Both the position numbers and the translations under genes were made by a program. Under the pieces are notes generated by a model, which searched no databases, was not told where the DNA came from, and saw only the letters and a list, made by a program, of their open reading frames with translations. From assembly GCF_009914755.1 (NCBI RefSeq), contig NC_060932.1: 64,000 bases of DNA; one strand, given 5' to 3'. Position 1 is the first letter of the stretch, and every line of letters begins with the position of its first letter. This document shows, in pieces, positions 38,150 through 51,191 of this stretch. Source of the stretch: the human T2T-CHM13v2.0 reference genome, Homo sapiens.

Positions 38150-38405
38150 AGAGCCTAGCAGAGTGATTAATTAGACTCTAAGTGTACAGCCCTGGGGCCA
38201 GACAAAGCTACCTGCAAATTACAGCTCCCCCGGTGCCTGGCCAGGCTGCCTTTCTAAGCCTCAGCTTCATCACCTGCAAACTGGGTTGAATAATGGTTTA
38301 CATTTTCAGAGGATTGTTGTAAAGATGAAGTGAGAAACTATGAGGAAAACAGTGGGTACTAAAGTTTGGGCACATGTTCTAGGTTCAGTAAACCTATTAG
38401 CTATT
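38150..38405 (+). mobile_element. MIR
   Basis: ctaagcctcagcttcatcacctgcaaactgggttgaataat...ggattgttgtaaagatgaagtgag. Confidence 0.75.
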
Positions 38406-38434
38406 TTCCAATGTCTAGATTTCTCCTTCCCTAC

Positions 38435-38794
38435 CGTATTAGTCCCTTCTCATGCTGCTATGAAGAAATATTCGAGGCTAGGTAATTTATAAGGAAAAGA
38501 GGTTTAATTGACTCACAGTTCCACATGGCTGGGGAGGCCTCAGGAAACTTACAATCATGGCGGAAGGCACCTCTTCCAAGGGTGGCAGCAGAAAGAATGA
38601 GTGGCAGCAGGGGAAATGCCAGACACTTATAAAACCATCAGATTTCATGAGAACTCACTATCACGAGAACAGCATGGGGGAAACTGCCCCCATGATTCAG
38701 TTACCTCCCACTGGGTCCCTCCCATGACACATGGGGATTATAGGTATTAAAATTCAACATGAAATTTGGGTGGGGACACAGCCAAACCATATCA
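38435..38794 (-). mobile_element. THE1C-like MaLR solo LTR, complete
   Basis: cgtattagtcccttctcatgctgctatgaag...ggggaaatgccagacacttataaaaccatcagat...gggtggggacacagccaaaccatatca; 5-bp TSD cctac / cctat. Confidence 0.95.
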
Positions 38795-39604
38795 CCTATT
38801 AAAAAGAAAAAAAAAAAAAAAACTCAGAGCACAGCTTGTGAGTGTTACTCAAAGCATGGTGGAAAACCCCAAAGATTTATTTAGGGATAGTCCCAACTAC
38901 CCACAGAGGCAGAGCAAACAAAGACAAGCAAATCAGTAGATTTAGAGCTTACCTTCCACCCAATCTAGAAACCCATTGTTTCTAAGTTCTTCTATGTTTG
39001 TAATTTCCAAACAGAGACCGGTCTTTTTCTCTTCCTTTAAGAAAAAAACAATAAAAACGAAATTCACTGGCTGAGTCAATAGACTCCGTGGGTCATGGAA
39101 GCAAATTACAAAGCTAGTACAATGGATTTGAGAAATTGCTAATGTAATCAGATTTTGAACAAACTTTGGAAATGGTCCCTATTTCACAGCACCAAGGGTA
39201 TTTTTATAAACTGTTCATTGCTTTCAACAACCCCATTATAAGACCAACTAAAAGTGAGAAAAGCAAATTCAGCAGCAACCTATCTTGTCAAGACAAAGAA
39301 ACCTTCCTCACTGTTTTCAGAGAAATATTCACTACCGAATAATCCTATTTGAATTTTGCCACTCATAGAAGTTTAGAAAGAGGGACTTACATAAGAAATT
39401 GCAGCAGGGCAGGGAATGAAGAGTGCAGGAGAGACATACAAAAAGCCTTTATTGTTTTCTATGTAGGTAAACAGAAAAGATGTCTGGATCGTTCATTGTA
39501 GGACATGAAAATTATGAGACCCCACATCTTTACCTCTTAATATAATATTGAACCTCTTATCATAAAATGCTATTAAATACTTTACTTGCCCCACCACTAA
39601 AAGA

Positions 39605-39737
39605 TGCATGCTGGGCTTAATACCTAGGTGATGGGTTGACAGGTGCAGCAAACCACCGTGGCACACATTTACCTATGTAACAAACCTGCGCATCCTGCAC
39701 ATGTACCCTGAAACTTAAAATAAAAAGTAATAAAAAA
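39605..39737 (+). mobile_element. 5'-truncated L1PA 3' end
   Basis: tgctgggcttaatacctaggtgatgggttgacaggtgcagcaaaccacc...acctatgtaacaaacctgc...catgtaccctgaaacttaaaataaaa; probable TSD aaaagatgca / aaaagaagca. Confidence 0.92.
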
Positions 39738-39821
39738 GAAGCAGTAAAGTATAGAAGTCCCTAAGACCTTCCCTAGTACAGGGTAGATAATCAATGCAAA
39801 CTTTTTATTTGTTTTCATATG

Positions 39822-39955
39822 TAAGATGATCCATATGTCCTAGTTGCCCTGGACAGTCCCAGTTTATACTTGTCACCTTAACAAAAATATTTATAATGCC
39901 CATTTTCACTCTCAAAAATGTCCCAGTTTGGGCAATACATTGTATGGTCCACCTT
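39822..39955. mobile_element. hAT-Blackjack MITE (MER94-like)
   Basis: catatgtcctagttgccctggacagtcccagttt...ttttcactctcaaaaatgtcccagtttgg...tatggtccacc with inverted ends. Confidence 0.8.
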
Positions 39956-40377
39956 TTTGATATGCGACCTAGAGAGTCTGCAAATACCCCACCATTTAGG
40001 TTTCTTTTTATTTTTGAAAATGACACATGAACTTGCCTTGGGATTTTATTTTCTTTGGGGACCTATTTTATTTAATATTAAATATAAGCATTTTTTTCCT
40101 TATGTGATGTTAGACTTATTTCTGTAGTGGTTTCGTTCCCCTTATTCTTATAAACTAAGATTTTCTGAATAGATTTATCAATTGACAACATTTTTTGAGT
40201 AGCTACTATATGCAAAATAGTTTAATATCCGATACAGGCAGTATTCTGAAACAAACTTGAAAGCTCTGATTCAATTGAAAAATATATTCTTCCTGTGCTC
40301 ACTAAGTTACTTTTGTAAGCCTTTTTGATTTGGAAATATATTGTCTTTAAATGGGTATAAAAATCAGGCAGTCCTCC

Positions 40378-40543
40378 AGGCTGGGCATTAGGAGACCTGG
40401 GTTGTCTGCCCAGCTGCTAATTAGCCATGGAACACTAGGAAGGCCTTTCCCCCTCGCTGCATCCCAGTTTCCTCATCCATAAAATGAGAGAATCAGATGA
40501 GGTAATCTCTAAGGTTCCTTTCGGCTCTAAAATTCTATGATCT
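40378..40543 (+). mobile_element. MIR3/MIRc
   Basis: aggagacctgggtt...cagtttcctcatccataaaatgagag...atctctaaggttcctttcggctctaaaattctatga. Confidence 0.88.
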
Positions 40544-41679
40544 GATGAACCATCTCTTTTCAATTGATTAAAATGAGTGTTAAGAGATTTCCTAAAGTAA
40601 ACAAGCCAGGCATGATTCCAACTTGTTTTGTTTTTCCAGTTTTCTTTCCATTCAGTTTTCCCTCTCAGACTATTTGGAGGAATATAAAGTAAATATCTCT
40701 GAATTGTTACTGAGAAATAACACCTGGAATTTTCGCCATTTAGAATGCCTAATACATTGCCATGTTAAGTCATTTATACAGAAAGCTGAAAGGCAACAGA
40801 CTGTACAAAAAGTTGACTTAGCTTTAGCTCAGGTGTGGATACAACCACCTTGTTTTGTTATTTTGTAAGTTTGTGATCTTATATCTTGTAACTTTGAGGG
40901 ATAAAAAAGCAAAGGGGGATTGATGGAAAAAGAAACCCCAGTGTTCTCACCACCAACCAACAGATGAGCCCACCCAAACCAGCTTAATGTTTCTGGTGAA
41001 CTAGCCCCTTCATGGATGATCACAGTCTCTCAGCATCAAATGACCTTATTTGTTGGCTCAGTGGTTTAAAAGAAGCATTCTATTTCCCATGGTTGTGCTT
41101 CAATATGCTCTAATCCATAGGGATTACTGTGGCAGAATGTTTCAACCCACTGGAGCTTTCTGGCACAAGTAATTTTCATCAGAGCAAAACTCATAGTCAA
41201 TTTAGGACCAACAAAGATACTAAAATCTTAAAGTTACATGGTAGGAGCCAAAATCAAATTATCTCAGTAACTTAGTTTTCTTTTTTAAAAAAAAATTTAC
41301 ATTTTTGAAAAGTATTTTAACACCACAAAAAAGCTGCAACTCAAACCTTGGTGGAATCAAAAAGGAATTTGCGTTTTGATTTTATGTACAGCTGGTGGCC
41401 AATGTGTTTATCTTGGTAGGGAGAGGGGGCAGGTGGGGGATAAAAATAGTAGTTAAGATAAAAGAATGATCACAGTATGGCATTTCTAAATAAATGAGAT
41501 AAAGTGGATGGCAGAATTGAAAATCTATGTACTCCACAGGAAGCAGGTGTGGGAATAGAAGGAGGCACCGCTCATCTTCTGCAGAAAAGCAAAATGAAGA
41601 CATCATCAGAGAGCAGCACTCATTGGAAGTAGCTCCTCGGGTTCCCTTCTAATGTCAGGGTGAGAATTCAGGGCTCTCT

Positions 41680-42075
41680 TGAGAGCACTATTATGTGCCT
41701 ACTATGTGTCAGGCAGAACTGGCTACAAAATTCAAGGGGCCCAGAGTGAAATGAAAATGTGAGGTACCTTGTTCAATAATTATGAAGAATTCTAGGATGG
41801 CGAGAGCAGAGCATTAGAGGAAAGGCAAGGTCCTGTGCAGCTGCGCGGGTCACACACCCATGCAGCCAACCCTGGTGCCAGGCACAGCTATACCCACATT
41901 AGCTCCTGTCTTTTACTGAATAGCACAATAACTCTGCAATACTGGAGGTTTTTAACATTATCCAGGCTTTACAGAAGAAGCTACCGAAGCTCAGAAAGTC
42001 ATTTTATTCAAGGCCAATCAGCTAATTAGAGCTCAGGTCTCCTACTAAACACCAGAATCACAGCTAGCCACTCCA
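41680..42075 (-). mobile_element. MIR, interrupted by MER45A
   Basis: tgtgcctactatgtgtcagg, resuming gtgccaggcac...ctttacagaagaagctaccgaagctcagaaag. Confidence 0.7.
41714..41874. mobile_element. MER45A hAT-Tip100 MITE
   Basis: cagaactggctacaaaattcaaggggcccagagtgaaatgaaaatg...gcagagcatta...cccatgcagccaaccctg; 8-bp TSD gtgtcagg / gtgccagg. Confidence 0.9.
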
Positions 42076-42451
42076 CAACATACAGAGGTCAGTAAACCAC
42101 TCAACATTGTATCTGAACTTCCAGTCTTCCAATATCTGAACTCAATCAGTTAAGTCTCCTAAACATGCCCTACCTGTTCTATCTGTGCTTTGCTCAGTTT
42201 TCACCAAATAGGTATTAGCTAAATAAACATGTGGATGAACACAGCATCCATTACAATAGTAATATAATATTATCATACTTACATTGTATAATATAATAAT
42301 GTACTTCATTCAATTCTCTACATTTTTTAAAGTATTGTCACATATTTTATTTTTTTCTAGGAAATTTTTATTGCTGAGTGTTTTAAATTATACTCATGAT
42401 TTATAAATTCTCACAATTCTGAGCCTGCTATAGGACAAGAGATGTATCTGC

Positions 42452-43210
<759 letters not shown>

Positions 43211-43301
43211 GAAGTTCTGAGGAATCATTCTGGAGCCAAATGGCTTTCCCCTGACATAAAACTGGCTCTCAATTAGGGAACACTTAGAAATGGAAATCCT
43301 A

Positions 43302-43727
<426 letters not shown>

Positions 43728-43959
43728 TTATAAGAACTGGCTTCATACCCAAATGCTCACCCATAATCCCTGGTTCACTAAAATACCAGCCTTACCACCA
43801 TGATAGGCATTCGATCTGCCTTGCATGATCAAGGATCTTCAGGTCTTGAATAGAGAATCCATTCTCTTTGAAGCCAGATTATCTGCTGTGGCAATTCTGT
43901 AGGCTTAATGAGCCTCTAAGTCACCTTCTATACACTTCATCCACCTAAGTCTCGCCAAT

Positions 43960-44600
43960 GTAACTTATTAGTTATTTCTCAACCCTAGCTCCTCTGTATC
44001 TTGCTTCCACTTCTGTTATTCCAAATTCTGTCCTAGACAACTGCACCAGCCTCCACTCTAACCTCTAGCTTTAGTCTTCCTCTGCTCAAATCCATCCTGC
44101 ACACAACTGCCAGAAGGATATATATAAAGCACAAATCTAATCAGTTCCCTTCTCTGCTTAAGGGTCTCCCCATCATCTACTTGCTGAAGTCCAAGCTCAC
44201 TGGCATGGCATGGAAGGCCACTCATAGCTGACCCCTGCTTACCTGCTCTGACCTGATGCCCTTCCCCAACTCCTCCACCTCACTCTCTGAGTTTCTCTGA
44301 CATAGAACAGGATGTGATTCTAAACATTTCTCATCTATTCCTTCTGCCTAGAAATCCCATTTTCACGTTCTTCTTCTGGCTGATTCAGAATCATTCTTAA
44401 AGAGTCCATTGGGTTTCTACCTCCTCCACCCTTTTCTACCCTAGCCTCTGATAGGTGTCCCTCCTCTATGCTCCCATAAACATCTCCCGTATATACCTTC
44501 CTAAGTTGCGTTATCATCATTTACATGTGTATCTTCCCTCTGAGGATGCTAACCATATCACATTTACCCCCAGGGTCTAACAGAGTGCCTATACCAACTG
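43960..44600 (+). mobile_element. L2 3' portion
   Basis: cctagacaactgcaccagcctcc...tccatcctgcacacaactgccagaa...aagcacaaatctaatca...ccccagggtctaacagagtgcct. Confidence 0.85.
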
Positions 44601-44663
44601 GTGGGAATGTGTGTGTGTACCATGGCTTTCTAACTTAGGGCTCCAATATGGAAAGGAAGAAAT
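44560..44663. repeat. Left copy of the ~104-bp direct repeat flanking the LTR12 fragment
   Basis: acatttacccccagggtctaacagagtgcc...gaaaggaagaaat; differs from 44882-44987 by 4 substitutions and one 2-bp indel. Confidence 0.97.
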
Positions 44664-44668
44664 TCGGG

Positions 44669-44881
44669 TGGCCACCCCAGCCAGCAGCGGCAACCCGCTC
44701 GGGTCCCCTTCCCCACTGTGGAAGCTTTGTTCTTTCGCTCTTCACAATAAATCTTGCTGCTGCTCACTCTTTGGGTCCGTGCCACATTTAAGAGCTGTAA
44801 CACTCACCGCAAAGGTCTGCAGCTTCATTCTTGAAGTCAGTGAGACCACGAACCCACTGGAAGGAACCAACTCTGGACACA
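44669..44881 (+). mobile_element. ERV9/LTR12-family LTR, 3' fragment only (end of U3, R, U5)
   Basis: tggccaccccagccagcagcggcaacccgctcgggtcccc...tcacAATAAAtcttgctgctgctcactctttgggtcc...gtaacactcaccgc...ggaaggaaccaactctggacaca, ending in the terminal CA. Confidence 0.93.
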
Positions 44882-44987
44882 ACATTTACCCCCAAGGTCT
44901 AACAGAGTGCCTATACCAACTGGTGGGAATGTGTGTGTGTATACCGTGGCTTTCTAACTGAGGGCTCCAAGATGGAAAGGAAGAAAT
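44882..44987. repeat. Right copy of the ~104-bp direct repeat
   Basis: acatttacccccaaggtctaacagagtgcc...gaaaggaagaaat begins immediately after the LTR terminal CA. Confidence 0.97.
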
Positions 44988-46484
44988 CAGGGAGGAGAAG
45001 TAGAAATAGATGTTAAGTAGCTATAAAAGGCCATAAAAGAAATAACTCCTTTTTTTCCTGCTGCTTAGAACTAGAAACTTCTTAATTAATAAATATATCC
45101 TATATATATCCATGGAGAAAGAAAAAGCAGTGACCCTTGTTCTATCTTGTTTTGTTTCCCACAAAACAGGGTTTCAAAATAATGACTACCCCTTCATGAA
45201 AGCCTAAAACCATTAGGAGTTCTTCATTCCCCGGAACAAGATAGGCCATGTGAGGCAACTTTATTAAGACAAAATTGACGAAGTATTGGCAACCCTAACT
45301 CTTTTTCCTTTCTGTCCCTAACTAAATTGTTAAAAGGCAACCATCCATTCTGAGACTGTAAGAAAGTCTCACTTGTGGTGACAAGACAGCAAGAAGGGTA
45401 AAGGCCCCTTTTTTTTCTTTCTCCAGTACAGCTCAGGACTAATTTGAAGACAAGAAACGATTCCAGTGCCTTGTAAATTGCGATCCACATTGCAACTCCT
45501 AGCAGCCACAGTTCAGCACAGTTAGAAGTCAATTAAGGGAGGCCCAGGATTAAGACATCATGGAGACTGAATTATCTCACACCAGCAGGAAGGAGTCGTT
45601 TCTTCAGTTCAGGTTCATGGTCTTTGGAGCAGAAGTGGTTTTGAAGAGGAAAGAAAATGCAGGCAATTGTGGGCTGTTGCTTTCTGCAAAACAAGAAAAT
45701 AAAGAAGATTCCTACCTAAATATATAGCCAACTTGTTAATATTCCTTAGCTAATGAATTTATTTTTTAATACACTTCGGATACAAACTTCAGAACTGTAG
45801 GCTCACTGGGAGCAGCTAAAAATACCAAAACATGGAATAAACCACAATATCCTGTAGTTTACTCCATATGTTTTATTTTCTTTCCCTGTTTATGGGATAA
45901 AATAGGTGAAATAAAAGTAAAAGTTTAATTACAAGAAATAAAGTGTCAGCAGTGAAGTTCACAGCCTGTTTCTGTACTTGGAGTCATGTAGTATGTTTCT
46001 ATGGTACAATTGTAGGTTTTTGATTGTGCAATAAAATAATTCCAACAATAAAAACCATTAGTATGCAGGTGTTCTACAATTTTCTCAGGGAGTTTGCAGG
46101 AGCTGGCATGCATTTGATAAATGTACTCCCAAACCCCAAGCTCCTAGACAGAGGCATGTGGCTTCACACGGAAAACGCTTTTGCACACCTGCAGTAATCA
46201 AGCACAAACATAATGAGAGGCAAGGGAATTGATGGGACACACACCCTTCTCTCTTTAGATGAATGTTGAAGTATTAATGAGGCCTCATACATAGAAAGGC
46301 AGTATTGTCATTTGCTAACTTTGCCCACCCACATGTTTAGTAACTATCACTTCAGAGATTCATGTGTGCCTCTTCAAAGAAACATAAAGGGAACAAGTCA
46401 CATTCCAACTTTATTGCAAAATTAAAAGTCATTCCATGGCCTTTAAAGCAACTCTATTGTCGTTATAAAATGTGGAGATATATT

Positions 46485-46590
46485 CAGGCAGTTGGTCAAC
46501 AAACATTTACTGAGCAAGTTCTTATAATGAGCTCTCGTACTAGGCTTGAAAAATGAAGAGGATGTGAACTTAATATCTAAATCCTTACAC
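46485..46590 (-). mobile_element. L2 3' tail fragment
   Basis: tcaacaaacatttactgagcaagttc...tcgtactaggc. Confidence 0.6.
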
Positions 46591-47080
46591 TGGATTCTGC
46601 AGGCCAGCAGAATCCTTTTGCAGCATCCTTTTATACATCACCCACATTTAAGCAGATTGAAGCAGAGCTCTCTGCTGGGTGTGGGTGTGGGTGCAGGTGC
46701 CCTCAACACAGCTCTGCAGACACTTGCTGCTCCAGCTGTACACGGCCTGAGAACCTCCTCTCTAAACTCCAGCAAGTCCAGATCTATACAGTATACATTA
46801 TATATGTCATATAATAATTTCACAAGGAAATTATTACATTCCTAGCATTTAAATATCAAAATATTTTCTTTCCTTTTGTCTGGTTGGTCAGCCTTGATTT
46901 GAACCAACTACCTCTTAGACCCAACAGCACAAGAAATGCATAAAATCACCCATCCATCAGCTCACTCTTGCAGCATCACTGGAGGGCCCCCCTCACATAA
47001 TAAACAAGAGAGACCTGGAGGGGACATGTTTTCCTTCAGAGCTTGAACAGCCCTTGGGGAGGAGTTAGAAAGTAGATTTA

Positions 47081-47423
<343 letters not shown>

Positions 47424-48119
47424 TTACATATATTCCAGCATCAAGAATTTTCCCATGGGAGGATTTTTCTGAGGTCCTAGGTAAACCAGGTGGTGCCCTG
47501 TCGTAGATGACAGATGAGATCAGGGCCTTCCTGTTCTCTCCCTGTTCTGTCTCATTCCCTCCTCACCATTACCCCATTATTTTGTCTGTGAAAACTATTG
47601 GCAGTCTGAACTCCTCTTCACTGGGAGAAATCTGGGATAGATGGTCAGTCTTTGAGGAGCTGAATTAGGGCAGGTTATCCCATCTAAGGCAACTCTGACT
47701 GAAAGACCCAAAACGTGAGTCTAAGCCAGTATTTGTACAGATTACTAATGGTCCAAGCCAGGAAAACTTAGTAGCAATGCCAAGTTCAAAGGGAGGGAGT
47801 CAGTTGCAAATGGGAAATGAAACCAGAGATCAGGATCTGGGAGAAAATAGGAGCAGAGCAGAATCAGATCAGGAAGGAAGCAAGATGATTCTAGGCCATT
47901 GTTCTCTCACTGGCGTGCTTTTGACTTACCTGGTTATTTTAGTTATTTGGTTATTAGATCCAGTGATGGACATCGGCACTGGCTAAAAGATTCAGAATTG
48001 GAGCCAATACTCCCCTCTTCAAAAAACTTTTGGCTCTCACTTTATCTATTATTACTACTATTATGTTTATATAACAATAATGTATTATTAATAATTTTTA
48101 CTTTTTTAAGTAATAGGCC

Positions 48120-48415
48120 TTTTTTTTTTTTTCCGAGATGGAGTCTCACTCTGTTGCCCATGCTGGAGTGCAGTGGTGCAATCTCGGTTCACTGAAACCT
48201 CCACCTCCCGGGTTCAAACGATTCGTGCCTCAGCCTCCTGGGTAGCTGGGATTACAGGCATGAGCCACCATGCCCAGCTAATTTTTTTGTATTTTTAGTA
48301 AAGACAAGGTTTCACCAGATTGGCCAGGCTGGTCTCAAACTCCTGGCCTCAAGTGATCTGCCTGCCTAAGCTTCCCAAATGCTGGGATTACAGGCATGAG
48401 CCACTGAGCCTGGGC
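48120..48415 (-). mobile_element. AluSx/Sz, full length
   Basis: Poly(T), then gagatggagtctcactctgttgccc...gggattacaggcatgagccactgagcctgggc. Confidence 0.97.
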
Positions 48416-48805
48416 AATGGGCACTTATTTACCACCCACTGAGAGTTTAACAGAGAAAAAAATATTTAAATCTGGTTATCTCTGATCCTGAAGACCAAAC
48501 TTCTTTCCTAGTTAAAAAAAAAATTCAGGGAAGGGTGAGGGTAAACAAGATACTATGATAAGCCCAAGCTAACCTAAACTTTTTCTTCTGACATTCTTTT
48601 ACTTTTCAAACTCTGTATTTTCAAACAGCGGAAGGAGAACCTTAGGCACACCAAAAGCATTCATAAAGCAATGTTCTGTACCCAGTCCTGTGCTAAGTGT
48701 TGCAGAAGTCACAAAAATTATAAAATTCGGTCGCCTCCCTCAAGGTTTTTACAATGTCAGTAGAGAGATAGAAGACCTATATGTGAAAGATGTGCAAAAT
48801 GTAGG

Positions 48806-49241
48806 TGAGTCTTAACTAGATTTTGCTAGGTAACAAACCACCCAAAACTTTATGGCTTAAAATAATCATGTATTCAATTATGATTCTGTGGTTGGCAGTT
48901 TGGGTTGGGCTCAGCTTAGACATCTCATCCTTACCCTACATAGTGTCTACTGAGCTCACTCCTATATCTGGTGCCTCAGCTGGGACAGCTAGCAAGTCTG
49001 GGGTGGCTGGATCTTTCTCCTCATTGGAAGAAGTGGGCTGGCTTATTCACAGAGTGGACAAGGGCAGAGGCTGCAAGGCCTCTAGTGGCTTAGGTTCACA
49101 GCTTGAGTATCATCACTTCTGCCACATTCTGTTGGTCAAACCAAGTCATGAGGCAGCTATAATTCAAAAAATGGAGAAACCTACACCCGCCTTTTAATGG
49201 GTCAAGCTGTAAAGAATATGTGGTCATATTTAATCTACTAC
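48806..49241 (-). mobile_element. MLT1H/G-like MaLR 3' LTR
   Basis: ggtaacaaaccacccaaaactttatggcttaaaa...gattctgtggttggcagtttgggttgggctcagct...catcacttctgccacattctgttggtcaaa...tttaatctactac. Confidence 0.85.
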
Positions 49242-50277
49242 GGTCACCCATTAGCTATAATTATTTCTATTTCTCCCATATGCCAGGTGAATTCACCCCA
49301 TCCCAAGACCGCCCAAAAGTCTCATCCAATTGTATCATCAAACTGAAAGTCCAGGATCTCAGGAAGTGCATTTGGTCCAGGTGTGGATGAGGACCTTCTA
49401 TTACAGCTCCTTGCATGTGGCTCCTCTTAATCCAGAAATCTATGAACCAAACAGACAAGTTTGTCTCCATCCTCTCCCATACCCAACATACAATGGTGAG
49501 ATGGCAAGAGGATAATCATAATAGACACCCCATTCAAAAAGGAGAAATGGGGAGCACATAGGAGCCATAGGTCCACAGCAATTCAGGAATACAGTCATGT
49601 GCATATGACCATCAGAAATAGCCCTTGTTTACAGATGAATAGCTTTCCTCATCCTAACTCCTGCCCTAAGAAATTCTGTCTTAGTCTCTTAATGCAAGCT
49701 TATATAGCCCCCTTTAATACCTTGTGGGTTTTCTATGTATCAGGGAGTCATCCATTTCAATAGACAAAGGAAACACACACAATTCTTTTTAATGCAGCAT
49801 TCTTTCTTCTTCAGGCAGTATATCACAATGTTGTGAGTTAATGCCCTCAAGATCTTTAGAAGTTATTTTGTTGAGTTGATATAATATACTAGGAACAACC
49901 ACAAATCCTTCTGAGGTCTTTGCAAGAGTCTTAAAGTCACTCCCTTAATTAGATTTTAGAAGAATCTTTTGCAAACTGGAGAGACTGAAATGAAAAACAA
50001 GTTTATTTTCTAATTTAGAAGGTCCTGAGCCCTCTATCTTGTTTCTACTTTCTGTTTGCAAATGAAACAGTTCTTTATTTAGTTCATCTCCTTCGGCCTA
50101 TACATTATTAACAATATGCCTGGAAATTTTCTTAACTAGATCCACAAGTTTATTAGATAAATGTTCTATCTTCCAAGTGACCACATGCAATATTTTTCCA
50201 ATTGTTTTGCTCCAAAACCAGTGCCACATGTTTTAGGTTTCTGTTATAGCAGCATCCCCCTTCTAAGTACCAATTTC
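49242..50277 (-). mobile_element. MLT1 internal sequence (MLT1-int), internally deleted
   Basis: Directly follows the LTR: cacccatt...caccccatcccaagacc...aaagtctcatccaat...acccaacatacaatggtg; ends ccacatgttttaggtttctgttatagcagcatcccccttctaagtaccaatttc, the typical MaLR-int 5' boundary. Confidence 0.8.
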
Positions 50278-50380
50278 TGTTTTAGTTAGCTTTTGCTGCC
50301 CAACAAACTACATCAAAAATTAGTGGCTTAAACACTTATTTCCTCATAGTTCTATGGGTCAACAATTTGTATTGGGCCCA
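50278..50380 (-). mobile_element. Truncated second (5') MLT1 LTR
   Basis: tgttttagttagcttttgctgcccaacaaactacatcaaaaattagtggcttaaaca...ctcatagttctatgggtc stops after ~100 bp. Confidence 0.75.
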
Positions 50381-50409
50381 ACCACACACTGACTTGGCTT
50401 CTCTGGTTA

Positions 50410-50790
50410 TAATCATTGCCAAATATGCAACCAGTCAGCAAAAAGACCAACACTGAGTCCCTGATATGGCGCATTTCCTGGGAAATCTGCCAGGTTGATT
50501 ACATTAGTCCATGTCCATGTCACAGAAAGACAGCACTCTGCTCTCTCTGGAACAGACCCTTATTCTGGATATGGATCTGCCTTCCACTCCCATAATACTT
50601 ATTCAAAAACCACCATCGTGAACACAGAATGCCTCATTTGCAATCACAGTGCTTTACACAGTATTGCTATCAACCAAGGAAATAAGTAAAGAGGGTCATG
50701 GGCTTATGCTCATGAAATTTACTGGGCTTGCCGTGGTCCTCATCTCACTGAAGCAGCTGGCTTGGTAAAGGGCCTTTGAAGACTCAGTGA
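50410..50790 (+). pseudogene. Frameshifted ERV-L integrase core relic
   Basis: RPTLSP-like (agaccaacactgagtcc), QVDYI, D.YSGYG, HSIA..QG and EAAGL motifs occur in shifting frames with stops. Confidence 0.85.
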
Positions 50791-51191
50791 TGGTGCCAGC
50801 TGGGTGCCCATACTTTGCAGAGTGGGTGTGATATCCTCCAGGATGCAGTGGAGGTTCCAAATTAGTGGTTATTGTATCATTTTCCACATGGATAGGATTC
50901 AGAACCTGAGAATCAAGGGATGGAAATAGAATGGCTCCTCTCATATTTCCCCTAATCATTGACTAGTGAATGTTTGCATCCTATCCTCACAACTTTGGGC
51001 TCTGCTGATTTAGTTTTGTTGTTATAAAGGAATGCTTCCAGGAGCACACAAAAGATAATGATTTCATTAAACTGGAAGCTGAGAGGGACATGTAGACACA
51101 TGAACTCTTCATGCCAGAAAACCAAGAGTTGAAGAAAGAGTTACTGCATTGGTTGGGGTGATTAATTCTACCGAGAGGAATTGGTTTGCCC

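Noticed and set aside
44669-44881. Interpretation as integrated minus-strand strong-stop (R-U5) cDNA
   Set aside because: From my recall of the ERV9 promoter, the fragment starts roughly 15-20 nt upstream of the transcription start, so it includes some U3. No PBS or tRNA-derived sequence follows the CA. Not fully excluded without an alignment.
44611-44961. 116-aa ORF with a repeated CVPWLSN/CIPWLSN motif
   Set aside because: It reads through the LTR12 fragment and the 104-bp duplication. It starts at GTG, and the peptide repeat simply reflects the DNA duplication.
48823-49197. 124-aa ORF with a hydrophobic N-terminus
   Set aside because: It lies entirely within an MLT1 LTR on the antisense strand and starts at TTG.
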